Below, piece by piece: positions 15,785 through 24,437 of a DNA stretch of 56,142 nucleotides. A program made the position numbers and the translations under genes. Source of the stretch: a virus (Duplodnaviria; Caudoviricetes); the IMG/VR virus record IMGVR_UViG_3300017910_000401, positions 1 to 56,142 of that record. One strand, written 5' to 3'. Below the pieces are notes generated by a model. It was not told the origin of the DNA. It did not search any database and was given only the letters and a program-made list of their open reading frames with translations. Numbering within the stretch: the first letter of the stretch is position 1; every line of letters starts with the position of its first letter.

Positions 15785-16192
15785 ATGAGTAAAGAAGCAA
15801 AATTAAAAGACATACCAGAACCAGAAAGTGTCAAAACTCCAAAGCTAGACAAAGAAGTTAAAAGTCAACTACCAGCTCCTACTGGCTGGAAGATTTTAAT
15901 TGCTATGCCTAAAGCAGACGAGAAAACAGAAGGTGGCATAATTAAAGCTACTTCAACTGTACAAGACGAAGAGGTTAGTAATATTTGTGGATATGTCTTG
16001 AAATTAGGACCTGAATGCTACAACGACACAAAAAGGTTTCCAAACGGAGCTTGGTGTAAAGAAGGCGATTGGGTCGTGTTTAGGGCTTATTCTGGCACTC
16101 GCATGAAAATGTATGGACAAGAGTTTCGTTTAATCAATGATGATACTGTGGAAGCAGTAGTAGACGACCCTACAGGAGTAGTTAGAGCATGA
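15785..16192 (+). CDS. groES: GroES/Cpn10-like co-chaperonin
   Basis: PTGWKILI, EKTEGGII mobile loop, VLKLGP, KEGDWVVF, YSG, RLINDD.VEAVV; ATG at 15785 preferred. Confidence 0.85.
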   Translation: MSKEAKLKDIPEPESVKTPKLDKEVKSQLPAPTGWKILIAMPKADEKTEGGIIKATSTVQDEEVSNICGYVLKLGPECYNDTKRFPNGAWCKEGDWVVFRAYSGTRMKMYGQEFRLINDDTVEAVVDDPTGVVRA

Positions 16193-17208
16193 GTGAAACA
16201 CAAATAATAAATGAAGAACCTAATATTCCTGAGACTCCTCCTCAGTCTCAAGAAGAAAAGTTTTTTGGTCAAAGCACTGAAATAAGCAATGAAATGCCAG
16301 AAGGTTTAGAAGTCGAGGTAGTTGACGATACTCCAGAAGAAGACCGCAGACCAAAAAAAGCTGAAGATGCTACACCTGATGTTGATGATGAAACATTAGA
16401 TAAAGAAATAGCAGATTACAGCAAAAGAGCTGGCGATAGAATTGCAAAAATTAAATACGAATATCACGAGGAACGTAGAGCAAAAGAAGCTGCTACGAGA
16501 GAATCTCAAGAAGCTGTAAAAAGATTACAATCTTTAATGTCTGAAAATCAAAGGCTACAAGCCATGATTGACCAAGGCGGAGAGGTTCTTAATAAACAAG
16601 CATACAATAATGCTTTATGGGCAAAACAGAACGCTCAAGCAGCATTTAAAAAAGCCTATGAAGAAGGCAATGCTGACGAAATGACAAAAGCACAGGAAAT
16701 GCTTGCAAAAGCTACTCTTGCAGAACAACAGTCATCTCAAGTTGCTGCATCTGTACAACAACAAATTGTTAATCAGATGCCTGAACCAGAACCAGCACAG
16801 CAACAAGTTGACCCTGAAATGCAAGCATGGGCACAGAAAAACCCTTGGTTTATGGGTTCAGAACCTGTGCACAAAGAAATGACTTCTTATGCTATGTATG
16901 TAGACCAGTCTTTACAAGCAAGAGGTATAGACCCTGCAACGAAGTCACAAGAATATTATGAATCAGTAGACAGCGAAATGCGTCAACGATTCCCAGATTT
17001 TTTTGGTGTCCAACCTCAACAACAAGAAATTGTTGAAGAAGTTGAGCCAACTAAACGACAACCATCAACAGTTGTTGCATCCGCAACGAGGGATAGCGGA
17101 AACAAAAAACCCACGCAAATACGTCTGACTCAGACTCAAGTTAAGCTAGCTCGCCAACTTGGTATAACGCCTGAGCAGTATGCAAATCAATTATTAAAGG
17201 AGACTTAA
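16189..17208 (+). CDS. Probable capsid scaffolding protein
   Basis: Acidic, coiled-coil-rich protein between portal and capsid; C-terminal ARQLGITPEQYA. Confidence 0.65.
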   Translation: MSETQIINEEPNIPETPPQSQEEKFFGQSTEISNEMPEGLEVEVVDDTPEEDRRPKKAEDATPDVDDETLDKEIADYSKRAGDRIAKIKYEYHEERRAKEAATRESQEAVKRLQSLMSENQRLQAMIDQGGEVLNKQAYNNALWAKQNAQAAFKKAYEEGNADEMTKAQEMLAKATLAEQQSSQVAASVQQQIVNQMPEPEPAQQQVDPEMQAWAQKNPWFMGSEPVHKEMTSYAMYVDQSLQARGIDPATKSQEYYESVDSEMRQRFPDFFGVQPQQQEIVEEVEPTKRQPSTVVASATRDSGNKKPTQIRLTQTQVKLARQLGITPEQYANQLLKET

Positions 17209-17730
17209 ATGTCAGAAGAAAATAACACTACAAACGTGGAGGAAGTTTCGACTGATACTTCTCCTGAAAACCAAGAGCGTACTCCTAGAGAGAACGATAG
17301 TCGAGAGACTACTCAGCATACAGAGAGCTGGGAAAACTCTGCTAATTTACCAACACCTAATCCACAAGATGGCTGGGTATTCAGATATATTAGAACTGCC
17401 TTGTTAGGGCAAGCTGATAATCCGAATGTATCTAGACGTTTTAGAGAAGGGTGGCAACCTTGTCGATTAGAAGACCATCCAGAATTACAAATACATATGA
17501 TGGACCATGCTTCTGAATGGGCAGCTAAAGGAAACATAGAAATTGGCGGACAATTGTTATGCAAAATGCCTGCAGAAAAAGCGAAAGCAAGAGACGAACA
17601 CTTTGCTAATTTAGCTCAGTCTCAAATGGAATCTGTAGACAATGTGTATTTCAAAGAACAAGATAGTCGAATGGCGACCAAACAAGTGTTTGAACGCAAA
17701 TCGAAAACTACTTTTGGTAAAGATTCTTAG
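17209..17730 (+). CDS. Head-module protein of unknown function
   Basis: GWVFRYIR, REGWQP, GGQLLCKMP motifs; position in the head module. Confidence 0.6.
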   Translation: MSEENNTTNVEEVSTDTSPENQERTPRENDSRETTQHTESWENSANLPTPNPQDGWVFRYIRTALLGQADNPNVSRRFREGWQPCRLEDHPELQIHMMDHASEWAAKGNIEIGGQLLCKMPAEKAKARDEHFANLAQSQMESVDNVYFKEQDSRMATKQVFERKSKTTFGKDS

Positions 17731-17789
17731 GAATTTTTTTTAAATTAATTGATATTGAGTTAATTCTCAATGTATAAAAGGAGACAATT

Positions 17790-18377
17790 ATGTCATCAAG
17801 TGCTACTCCACACGGAGCGAGACCTATTGGTACGATTGTTGGAAGTCCTTACCAAGGAAAAGTTACTCATTACAAAATTAAAAATGCTTATGGCACATCA
17901 ATATTTTTTGGTGATTTTGTAAAATGGGGTGACGACAACCCTAATACCACTATCCAAAAAGATACTGGTACGACTTCATTAACACCTATTGGTGTTTTTC
18001 TTGGTTGTGCTTACACCGACCCTACTACAGGTCAATTTACAACAAATCAATATTATCCAGCCTCTACAGCTGCAGATGATATTGTCGCATATGTTGCTAG
18101 CGACCCTTTCATACTAATGCAAATGCAATCAGACGAAGCTCTTACTCAAGACGACCTTGGTAAGAATTTTGCGGTGGTTCAAACTGCAGGAAGTACAGCA
18201 ATCGGAACTAGTAAAAATGCTGTCGATGGGAGCACGGCTGCTACCACAAACACACTACCTTTAAAACTCGTTGACTTTGTTGACGGACCAGATAGTGCTG
18301 TAGGTGATAGTTTTACAGACGTGCTAGTTATGTTTAATGTTGGACATCAGTTGTTGAATACAACTGGTATAGGTTAA
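17790..18377 (+). CDS. Putative head decoration/minor capsid protein
   Basis: Beta-rich 195 aa directly before the major capsid gene; AAGGAG RBS. Confidence 0.55.
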   Translation: MSSSATPHGARPIGTIVGSPYQGKVTHYKIKNAYGTSIFFGDFVKWGDDNPNTTIQKDTGTTSLTPIGVFLGCAYTDPTTGQFTTNQYYPASTAADDIVAYVASDPFILMQMQSDEALTQDDLGKNFAVVQTAGSTAIGTSKNAVDGSTAATTNTLPLKLVDFVDGPDSAVGDSFTDVLVMFNVGHQLLNTTGIG

Positions 18378-18388
18378 GGAGGCTTATT

Positions 18389-19303
18389 ATGGCTGCTATA
18401 TCAAGAGCACAAGAGCTTAAACAACTCCTTCCAGGATTAAATGCGTTGTTTGGCGAAGAATACGCTACATATGAAAATGAGCATGAAGAAATTTATGTAA
18501 CAGAAAACTCTGAAAGAAGTTTTGAAGAAGAGTTGAAGTTATCTGGTTTCGGAGCTGCTCCAGTCAAAGATGAAGGTTCAGCAATCAGTTATGATACTGC
18601 ACAAGAGTCTTTTGTAGCTCGTTACACTCACGAAACTATTGCTATGGGATATTCTATTACTGAAGAAGCTATGGAAGATAATCTGTATGTTTCTTTATCA
18701 GGTAGATACACTAAAGCACTAGCTCGTGCAATGGCTTACACAAAGCAAGTTAAAGCTGCTTTTCCATTAAATAATGGATTCAGCACTACTTTTTCAAGTG
18801 GTGATGGCGTGGCTTTATTCAGTACAGCTCATCCGTTAGTAAACGGAGGAACTAACAGTAACAGACCTTCTTCAGGTGCTGACTTGAATGAAACATCTCT
18901 AGAAGATGCAATTATTCAGATTGGCAAATACACTGATGAAAGAGGTCTTAAAATTGCTGCTAGACCTAGAAAGTTAATAGTACCATCTGACCTTCAGTTT
19001 GTTGCTACTAGACTTTTACAGAGTGACTACAGAGTAGGAACTGCTGATAACGATGTGAATGCTATCAAAACTAATGGAGTGATTCCTGAAGGTTACACAG
19101 TTAATCATTATTTAACTGATACTAATGCCTTCTTCATCACTACTGACGTACCTGATGGTATGAAGCATTTTGTTAGAAGTCCTATGACTACATCTATGGA
19201 TGGAGACTTCGACACTGGAAATGTCAGATATAAAGCTAGAGAAAGATACTCTTTTGGAGTTTCTGACCCTCTAGGTATATTTGGTTCGCCAGGTTCAAGC
19301 TAA
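18389..19303 (+). CDS. Major capsid protein (HK97 fold, Mu gpT-like family)
   Basis: ISRAQELKQLLPGLNALFG, GDGVALFSTAHP, LIVPSDL, DFDTGNVRYKARERYSFG; strong RBS; terminator follows. Confidence 0.88.
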   Translation: MAAISRAQELKQLLPGLNALFGEEYATYENEHEEIYVTENSERSFEEELKLSGFGAAPVKDEGSAISYDTAQESFVARYTHETIAMGYSITEEAMEDNLYVSLSGRYTKALARAMAYTKQVKAAFPLNNGFSTTFSSGDGVALFSTAHPLVNGGTNSNRPSSGADLNETSLEDAIIQIGKYTDERGLKIAARPRKLIVPSDLQFVATRLLQSDYRVGTADNDVNAIKTNGVIPEGYTVNHYLTDTNAFFITTDVPDGMKHFVRSPMTTSMDGDFDTGNVRYKARERYSFGVSDPLGIFGSPGSS

Positions 19304-19310
19304 AGAAATT

Positions 19311-19334
19311 AGGGCAGCTTCGGCTGCCCTTTTT
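19311..19334 (+). terminator. Intrinsic terminator after the capsid gene
   Basis: AGGGCAGC-TTCG-GCTGCCCT-TTTT. Confidence 0.85.
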
Positions 19335-19340
19335 CTCATT

Positions 19341-19395
19341 CTAGGAATACATAATTGTTTATCGACTGACCTAGCAGACTCGCCAAGACGATAAA
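19341..19395 (+). ncRNA. Pseudoknotted RNA element downstream of the capsid gene (possibly the Mu-gpT-DE motif)
   Basis: CUAGG/CCUAG interleaved with UUUAUCG/CGAUAAA, plus CUG/CAG. Confidence 0.5.
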
Positions 19396-19415
19396 TGTAA
19401 TTAAGGAGACTTAAT

Positions 19416-19922
19416 ATGGGCAAAACAACTTTTAGTGGACCAATTAAATCACTAGCAGGTTTTATATCTGCTGGTAATGCTAATGTGGTCAGTTTAACCG
19501 CAGATACTACTTTGACAGTAGCTGCACACGCAGGAAAAATTTTAACTTGTAATGATGCTGATGGTAAATTCACTTTACCAACAATTGATGCGTCAACACC
19601 TACAAGAGACGATGAACCTGACCAAACTAATAATTTAGGTGCTACTTTTACTTTTGTAGTTGAAACAGCAGCTACAGATATGGACATCTTAACTGATGGC
19701 ACTGACAAATTTGTCGGTGGTTTATACACAGGTAAAGATGATGCCACTGGTAAAACATTTATTTCTGGTGCATCGAATGATGTCATCACTATGAATGGTT
19801 CAACCAAAGGTGGATTAGCAGGAAGTATTGTAAAAGTAACTGCTATTGCTGATAACAAATATGCTGTTGAAGGTATAATTTTAGGCTCAGGCACTATAGT
19901 TACACCATTTGCTGACGCATAA
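19416..19922 (+). CDS. Virion structural protein
   Basis: MGKTTFSGPI N-terminus; G/T/A-rich beta protein; AAGGAG RBS. Confidence 0.6.
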   Translation: MGKTTFSGPIKSLAGFISAGNANVVSLTADTTLTVAAHAGKILTCNDADGKFTLPTIDASTPTRDDEPDQTNNLGATFTFVVETAATDMDILTDGTDKFVGGLYTGKDDATGKTFISGASNDVITMNGSTKGGLAGSIVKVTAIADNKYAVEGIILGSGTIVTPFADA

Positions 19923-19935
19923 TCAGGAGTAAAAA

Positions 19936-20343
19936 ATGGCTGATGCAGTAACTTCACAAACCATAATTGATGGTGAAAGAAATTGCGTTATGAAATTTAC
20001 AAATGTCAGTGATGGCACTGGCGAATCCGCTGTTGCTAAAGTAGATGTTTCTGCTTTAAGTTCTAACTCTGCAGGTAAAGCTTGTTCAGAAGTTAGAATA
20101 ATGCGAGTAAGTCATGCCATCGTTGGTATGTCCGTGCAAATATTTTTTAATGCTTCTACTAATGTTTTAGCTATGGAGCTAGCAGAAAGTAGTAATGGAC
20201 ATATGGATTTTAAATCTTTTGGCGGTATGCCAAATAACGCAGGGAGTGGTAAAAATGGTGATATCCTTTTTACTACAAAAGGACATAGTTCAGGTGACAC
20301 CTACTCTATTGTTTTAGAGATGGTAAAAGTTTATTCTGACTAA
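19936..20343 (+). CDS. Virion structural protein
   Basis: MADAVTSQTI N-terminus; beta-rich; AGGAG RBS. Confidence 0.6.
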   Translation: MADAVTSQTIIDGERNCVMKFTNVSDGTGESAVAKVDVSALSSNSAGKACSEVRIMRVSHAIVGMSVQIFFNASTNVLAMELAESSNGHMDFKSFGGMPNNAGSGKNGDILFTTKGHSSGDTYSIVLEMVKVYSD

Positions 20344-20357
20344 TAACGAGAAAAATT

Positions 20358-20672
20358 ATGGCAAAAATTAAAGATTACATAATATCTGAAACAGGTGAAT
20401 TTCCGCCACAATACAAAGTATTGCATATTGAAGAAGATGGTATTTGGAGACCAGTTTTTGGTCCAGACCCTGACCTACAAGATGCTGAACGTAAGTGTGC
20501 AGAAATGAACGGAGAAAGAGCAAGAAATGCTAAAGGACAACTTGTAGCTGACGACCCTTCGACTCCAGATATAAATGAAGCTTATGTTGGTGGGAAAAAA
20601 CCGCCAAAGAAAAAAACAAAAAAACCAGCAGCTAAAAAAAAGGCAAAACCTAAAAAAGCTGCGTCTAACTAA
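20358..20672 (+). CDS. Hypothetical protein with a histone-like lysine-rich tail
   Basis: ADDPSTPDINEAY motif; KKPAAKKKAKPKK tail. Confidence 0.6.
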   Translation: MAKIKDYIISETGEFPPQYKVLHIEEDGIWRPVFGPDPDLQDAERKCAEMNGERARNAKGQLVADDPSTPDINEAYVGGKKPPKKKTKKPAAKKKAKPKKAASN

Positions 20673-20674
20673 AG

Positions 20675-20902
20675 GTGAATAAAATGGCAGGAAAAAAAAC
20701 TAAATACATGGCAGGCGGTGGTAAATCCACTAAGTATATGGCTGGTGGCGGTAAGTCTACTAAATATATGGCTGGTGGAGGAAAAACTCCTAAAGTAGAA
20801 ATGTATAAAGACTACGTTCAAAGAATGTTTGGTGGCGGTGCGACTCCAAGAACCAAAGGCAAGTCTATGGGCGGTGGTCCAGCTATGAAAAAAAATAAAT
20901 AA
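20675..20902 (+). CDS. Small basic protein with TKYMAGGGK repeats
   Basis: Three tandem 10-aa (30-bp) repeats with synonymous divergence. Confidence 0.6.
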   Translation: MNKMAGKKTKYMAGGGKSTKYMAGGGKSTKYMAGGGKTPKVEMYKDYVQRMFGGGATPRTKGKSMGGGPAMKKNK

Positions 20903-20932
20903 CTAGTGAATAGTATTTACTAAATATTTTTT

Positions 20933-21235
20933 GTGACCAAAAGGAAACGAGAAACACCGATACCTAGAACCACTAAAGGTAAAAGTGCTAACTACAGACC
21001 TACTAAATCTGGTGCTGGGATGACCAAGAAAGGAGTTGCTGCATATCGAAGAGCAAATCCTGGGTCTAAATTACAAACAGCAGTTACAGGTAAAGTAAAA
21101 AAAGGCAGTAAAGCTGCAAAACGCAGAAAGTCTTTCTGTGCTCGTTCCTTGGGTCAATTGAAAAAGAGTTCAGCTAAAACTAGAAATGACCCAAATTCTA
21201 GAATTAGACAAGCTCGCAGAAGATGGAAGTGTTAA
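20933..21235 (+). CDS. Small basic phage protein
   Basis: GMTKKGVAAYRRANPGSKL...RRKSFCARS...RRRWKC. Confidence 0.7.
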   Translation: MTKRKRETPIPRTTKGKSANYRPTKSGAGMTKKGVAAYRRANPGSKLQTAVTGKVKKGSKAAKRRKSFCARSLGQLKKSSAKTRNDPNSRIRQARRRWKC

Positions 21236-21352
21236 ATGGTAATGTCTAGAGCAACGATGCAAAATCAAATTACAAAAGCTCCTGCATCAAAAAAGAAAAA
21301 TATCAAAACAACCCCTTCAGGTATTAAAATAACAAGAATAAAAAAAATATAA
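21236..21352 (+). CDS. Small basic protein (38 aa; not in the ORF track)
   Basis: MVMSRATMQNQITKAP...; fills the gap between the flanking genes exactly. Confidence 0.5.
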   Translation: MVMSRATMQNQITKAPASKKKNIKTTPSGIKITRIKKI

Positions 21353-21355
21353 TTT

Positions 21356-22051
21356 ATGGCAACAAGCGGTACGCATACATTTAATTTAGATTTAAGCGAT
21401 ATTATGGAAGAGGCTTATGACTTAGCTGGCGTTGAATTACGTTCAGGTTATAGTTATATGGGTGCTAAACGTGCTCTAAATTTAATTTTTTTAGAATGGC
21501 AAAACAAAGGTTTAAATCTTTGGACAATAGAGCAAGGCACAGTTAGTTTGTCTGCAGGTACAAATACCTATAGCTTAGATAGTTCTGCATTAGAAGTAGT
21601 AGATGCTTTTATAAGAACAGATTCTGGAGATGTAAATAAACAATTTGACCAAAGACTAAATAGAATATCTAGAACAGAATACAATCATCAAGCAAATAAA
21701 TTGAATCAAGCAAAACCTACACAGTTTTTTATTGATAAAAATACAGGCACTTTGCAAATAACTTTATGGTCAACACCAGATGATGCTGATACATATACTC
21801 TGGTTTACGACTACATACAAAAAATAGAAGATGCTGGTTCAGTGGCTAGTAACAATGCCGATGTTCCTGCTAGATATTTGCCATGCTTAACTTATGCTTT
21901 AGCATACAATTTAGCTTCTAAATATCCAGAAACACAACAAAGAGTGCCTTTGATAAAGCAAAGGTACGATGAACTTTGGAATGAAGTAAGTAACTCTGAT
22001 AGAGAAAGAGCAGCTGTAAAATTTGTTCCTGACTTAGCTACTTATAGATAA
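21356..22051 (+). CDS. Probable head-tail adaptor
   Basis: MATSGT, EWQNKGLNLW, RYLPCLTYALAY; position after the capsid genes. Confidence 0.55.
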   Translation: MATSGTHTFNLDLSDIMEEAYDLAGVELRSGYSYMGAKRALNLIFLEWQNKGLNLWTIEQGTVSLSAGTNTYSLDSSALEVVDAFIRTDSGDVNKQFDQRLNRISRTEYNHQANKLNQAKPTQFFIDKNTGTLQITLWSTPDDADTYTLVYDYIQKIEDAGSVASNNADVPARYLPCLTYALAYNLASKYPETQQRVPLIKQRYDELWNEVSNSDRERAAVKFVPDLATYR

Positions 22052-22392
22052 TGGCATATGCAAGAGGTAAGAAAGCTTTAGGTCAATGTGACCGATGTGG
22101 CTTTACTTATAAATTAACAGAACTCAAGTATGAGATATTTGACAGCAAAAGAAATGGTTTAAGAGTCTGCCATGATTGTTTAGATGAAGACCATCCACAA
22201 CTTAAAATAGGTGAATTAAATATAGTTGACCCTCAAAATTTATACAATCCAAGAGTAGATACTGGAGAGCAAGAATCAACAACGTATTTTTCTTTTAATC
22301 CTGTAGGAGGTGGAGTTACTGAGTTTGGTTCAAGTACAATGGGTTTAGATATAAAAGCAGAATTAGGAAAAATTAAGGTAGTAATAACATGA
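22051..22392 (+). CDS. Hypothetical protein with two CxxC motifs
   Basis: CDRC and CHDC. Confidence 0.6.
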   Translation: MAYARGKKALGQCDRCGFTYKLTELKYEIFDSKRNGLRVCHDCLDEDHPQLKIGELNIVDPQNLYNPRVDTGEQESTTYFSFNPVGGGVTEFGSSTMGLDIKAELGKIKVVIT

Positions 22393-23033
22393 GTTGGACA
22401 TTTACAACATTAAAATCAGCTATACAAGATTATACACAAAACACAGAGTCTACTTTTGTAAGCAACTTGCCAACTCTTATAGTACAAGCTGAAAATAGGA
22501 TAATAAAATCTCTAGAGCTACCAAACTTTAGAAAAAATGTAACAGGAACTTTAACAGCAAGCAATCCTTATTTATCTGCACCTTCAGACTATTTATATCC
22601 TTTTTCTCTTGCAGTGTTAGATGGCAGTAATAATTACGAATATTTATTAAATAAAGATGTTAGTTTTATTAGACAAGCTTATCCTTCTGCTAGTACAACA
22701 GGTACGCCAAAGTTTTATGCTCAATTTGATGACGATACTTTTATAGTGGCACCAACTCCTAGCACAGGATTTACTGTAGAATTACATTATTTTTATAAAC
22801 CAGAATCTATTACAGTGGCATCGAGTGGTACAACTTGGTTAGGAACAAATGCAACAGAAGCTTTATTGTATGGTTCACTTGTAGAAGCTTATACTTTTAT
22901 GAAAGGTGAGCCAGATATTTTGGCTAATTACGAAAATAGATTTAAAGAAGCACTAGGTAAATTAACATTAGAATCAGATGGTTATAATCGTAAAGATGCC
23001 TTCAGAGACGGACAAAGAAAAGTAAATGTTTGA
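22389..23033 (+). CDS. Probable head-tail adaptor / tail tubular A-like protein
   Basis: GTPKFYA, LLYGSLVEAYTFMK. Confidence 0.55.
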   Translation: MSWTFTTLKSAIQDYTQNTESTFVSNLPTLIVQAENRIIKSLELPNFRKNVTGTLTASNPYLSAPSDYLYPFSLAVLDGSNNYEYLLNKDVSFIRQAYPSASTTGTPKFYAQFDDDTFIVAPTPSTGFTVELHYFYKPESITVASSGTTWLGTNATEALLYGSLVEAYTFMKGEPDILANYENRFKEALGKLTLESDGYNRKDAFRDGQRKVNV

Positions 23034-23316
23034 TGTAGATATTAAAAGCACAATAGGAGAAGTTGGTGTTAAAACTACAAAAAATACTGGTTTAACTCCA
23101 GAATATTGGACAGAAAGAATAATGGAACGCTTAGTTCAAATCAGCGATAATGCTGACCCTTTAGTACAAGCTCAAGCAAGAGCTTTTAAAGAAAATATAC
23201 AGAAAGTAGTTTTATTATATATGAAACAAGCTATTGCCAGCGACAGAAGCACAGTAGCAGGTTTATTAGAAAAACAAGGTCATTGCAAAATGGCTGACAT
23301 CATAAGGAGGCTGTAA
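23026..23316 (+). CDS. Hypothetical protein
   Basis: 96 aa, translationally coupled. Confidence 0.6.
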   Translation: MFDVDIKSTIGEVGVKTTKNTGLTPEYWTERIMERLVQISDNADPLVQAQARAFKENIQKVVLLYMKQAIASDRSTVAGLLEKQGHCKMADIIRRL

Positions 23317-23747
23317 TGGCAATTTCACAAGCAATGTGTACCTCTTTTAAAAAAGAACTTTTAGAGGGTGTGCATAATTTCAAAAACTCAGGCGGTAATG
23401 ATTTCAAACTAGCTTTATATACTAGTTCTGCGTCTTTAGGTGCTGATACAACAGCATACACTACTTCTAATGAAGCTAGTGGTACTAACTATACAGCTAA
23501 AGGTTCTAGCTTAACTAGAGTAGACCCAACAACATCAAGCACAACAGCATTTACTGATTTTGCTGATTTAACTTTTAGTAGTGCTACTATTACTGCTAAT
23601 GGTGCATTAATATTTAATGATACTGCTTCAGGCGACCCAGCAGTATGTGTACTAGCTTTTGGTGGTGATAAAACTTCTACAAATGGAGATTTTACTATTC
23701 AATTTCCTACTGCCGATGCAAGTAACGCTATTATAAGAATAGCTTAA
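23316..23747 (+). CDS. Virion structural protein
   Basis: MAISQAMCTSFKKELL, FKLALYTS, FGGDKTST. Confidence 0.6.
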   Translation: MAISQAMCTSFKKELLEGVHNFKNSGGNDFKLALYTSSASLGADTTAYTTSNEASGTNYTAKGSSLTRVDPTTSSTTAFTDFADLTFSSATITANGALIFNDTASGDPAVCVLAFGGDKTSTNGDFTIQFPTADASNAIIRIA

Positions 23748-23752
23748 ATTAA

Positions 23753-24415
23753 ATGTCTAATATAACTGGCTGGGGTAGAGGCTCTTGGGATGAAGGCTCA
23801 TGGGGTCAACCAGTACCAGTTGTAGTCACAGGAGTTAGTGCTACTTCTAGTTTAGGCACAGTAACACAAGCCACTTCAAATACTGTACAAGTTACAGGCT
23901 TAGCAGCAACTAGTGCTTTAGGTAGTGAAACTGTAGTTGCACAAGCTACACAAGCAATTACAGGAAATGCAGGTACTTCTGCTCTAGGTGATGAAACAGT
24001 TACAGCTGCAGCTTTAATTGCAGAAACAGGCTTAGAAGCAACTTCTGCACTAGGTAATGCTATAACTGCTGGAGCAGCAGTCACAGGAGTTTCTGCAGTA
24101 GCTTCTACTTCTAATCTAGGTGATGAAGTTGTAGTTGCACAAGCTGTATTAACAACCACAGGAACAAGTGCAACTTCTGCTTTAGGAACTATAAGTTTAG
24201 TAACTATTAATAATTTATCGCCTACTGGGTTAGAAGGTACAACTGGTTTAGGCGAAGAAACAACAATTGCTAAGGCTGTTGTTTTACCTACAGGTAATGT
24301 CGGTACATTTGGAGACTTTTTTGTTAATGTTTGGAGTCTAGTAGACAAAAGTCAAACACCAAATTATTCAGAAGTATCTACTTCACAAACCCCTGATTGG
24401 GAAGAAGTAGCTTAA
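23753..24415 (+). CDS. Virion structural protein with A/T/G-rich repeats
   Basis: GWGRGSW..GSWG N-terminus; about 22-aa repeats of TG..ATSALG.ETV. Confidence 0.6.
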   Translation: MSNITGWGRGSWDEGSWGQPVPVVVTGVSATSSLGTVTQATSNTVQVTGLAATSALGSETVVAQATQAITGNAGTSALGDETVTAAALIAETGLEATSALGNAITAGAAVTGVSAVASTSNLGDEVVVAQAVLTTTGTSATSALGTISLVTINNLSPTGLEGTTGLGEETTIAKAVVLPTGNVGTFGDFFVNVWSLVDKSQTPNYSEVSTSQTPDWEEVA

Positions 24416-24437
24416 TAAAATTTTATGAGGAAAAAAT

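Noticed and set aside
19380-19410. SAM-II/SAM-V riboswitch (GAUAAAUGUA resemblance)
   Set aside because: The 5' conserved elements are missing and the downstream gene is structural
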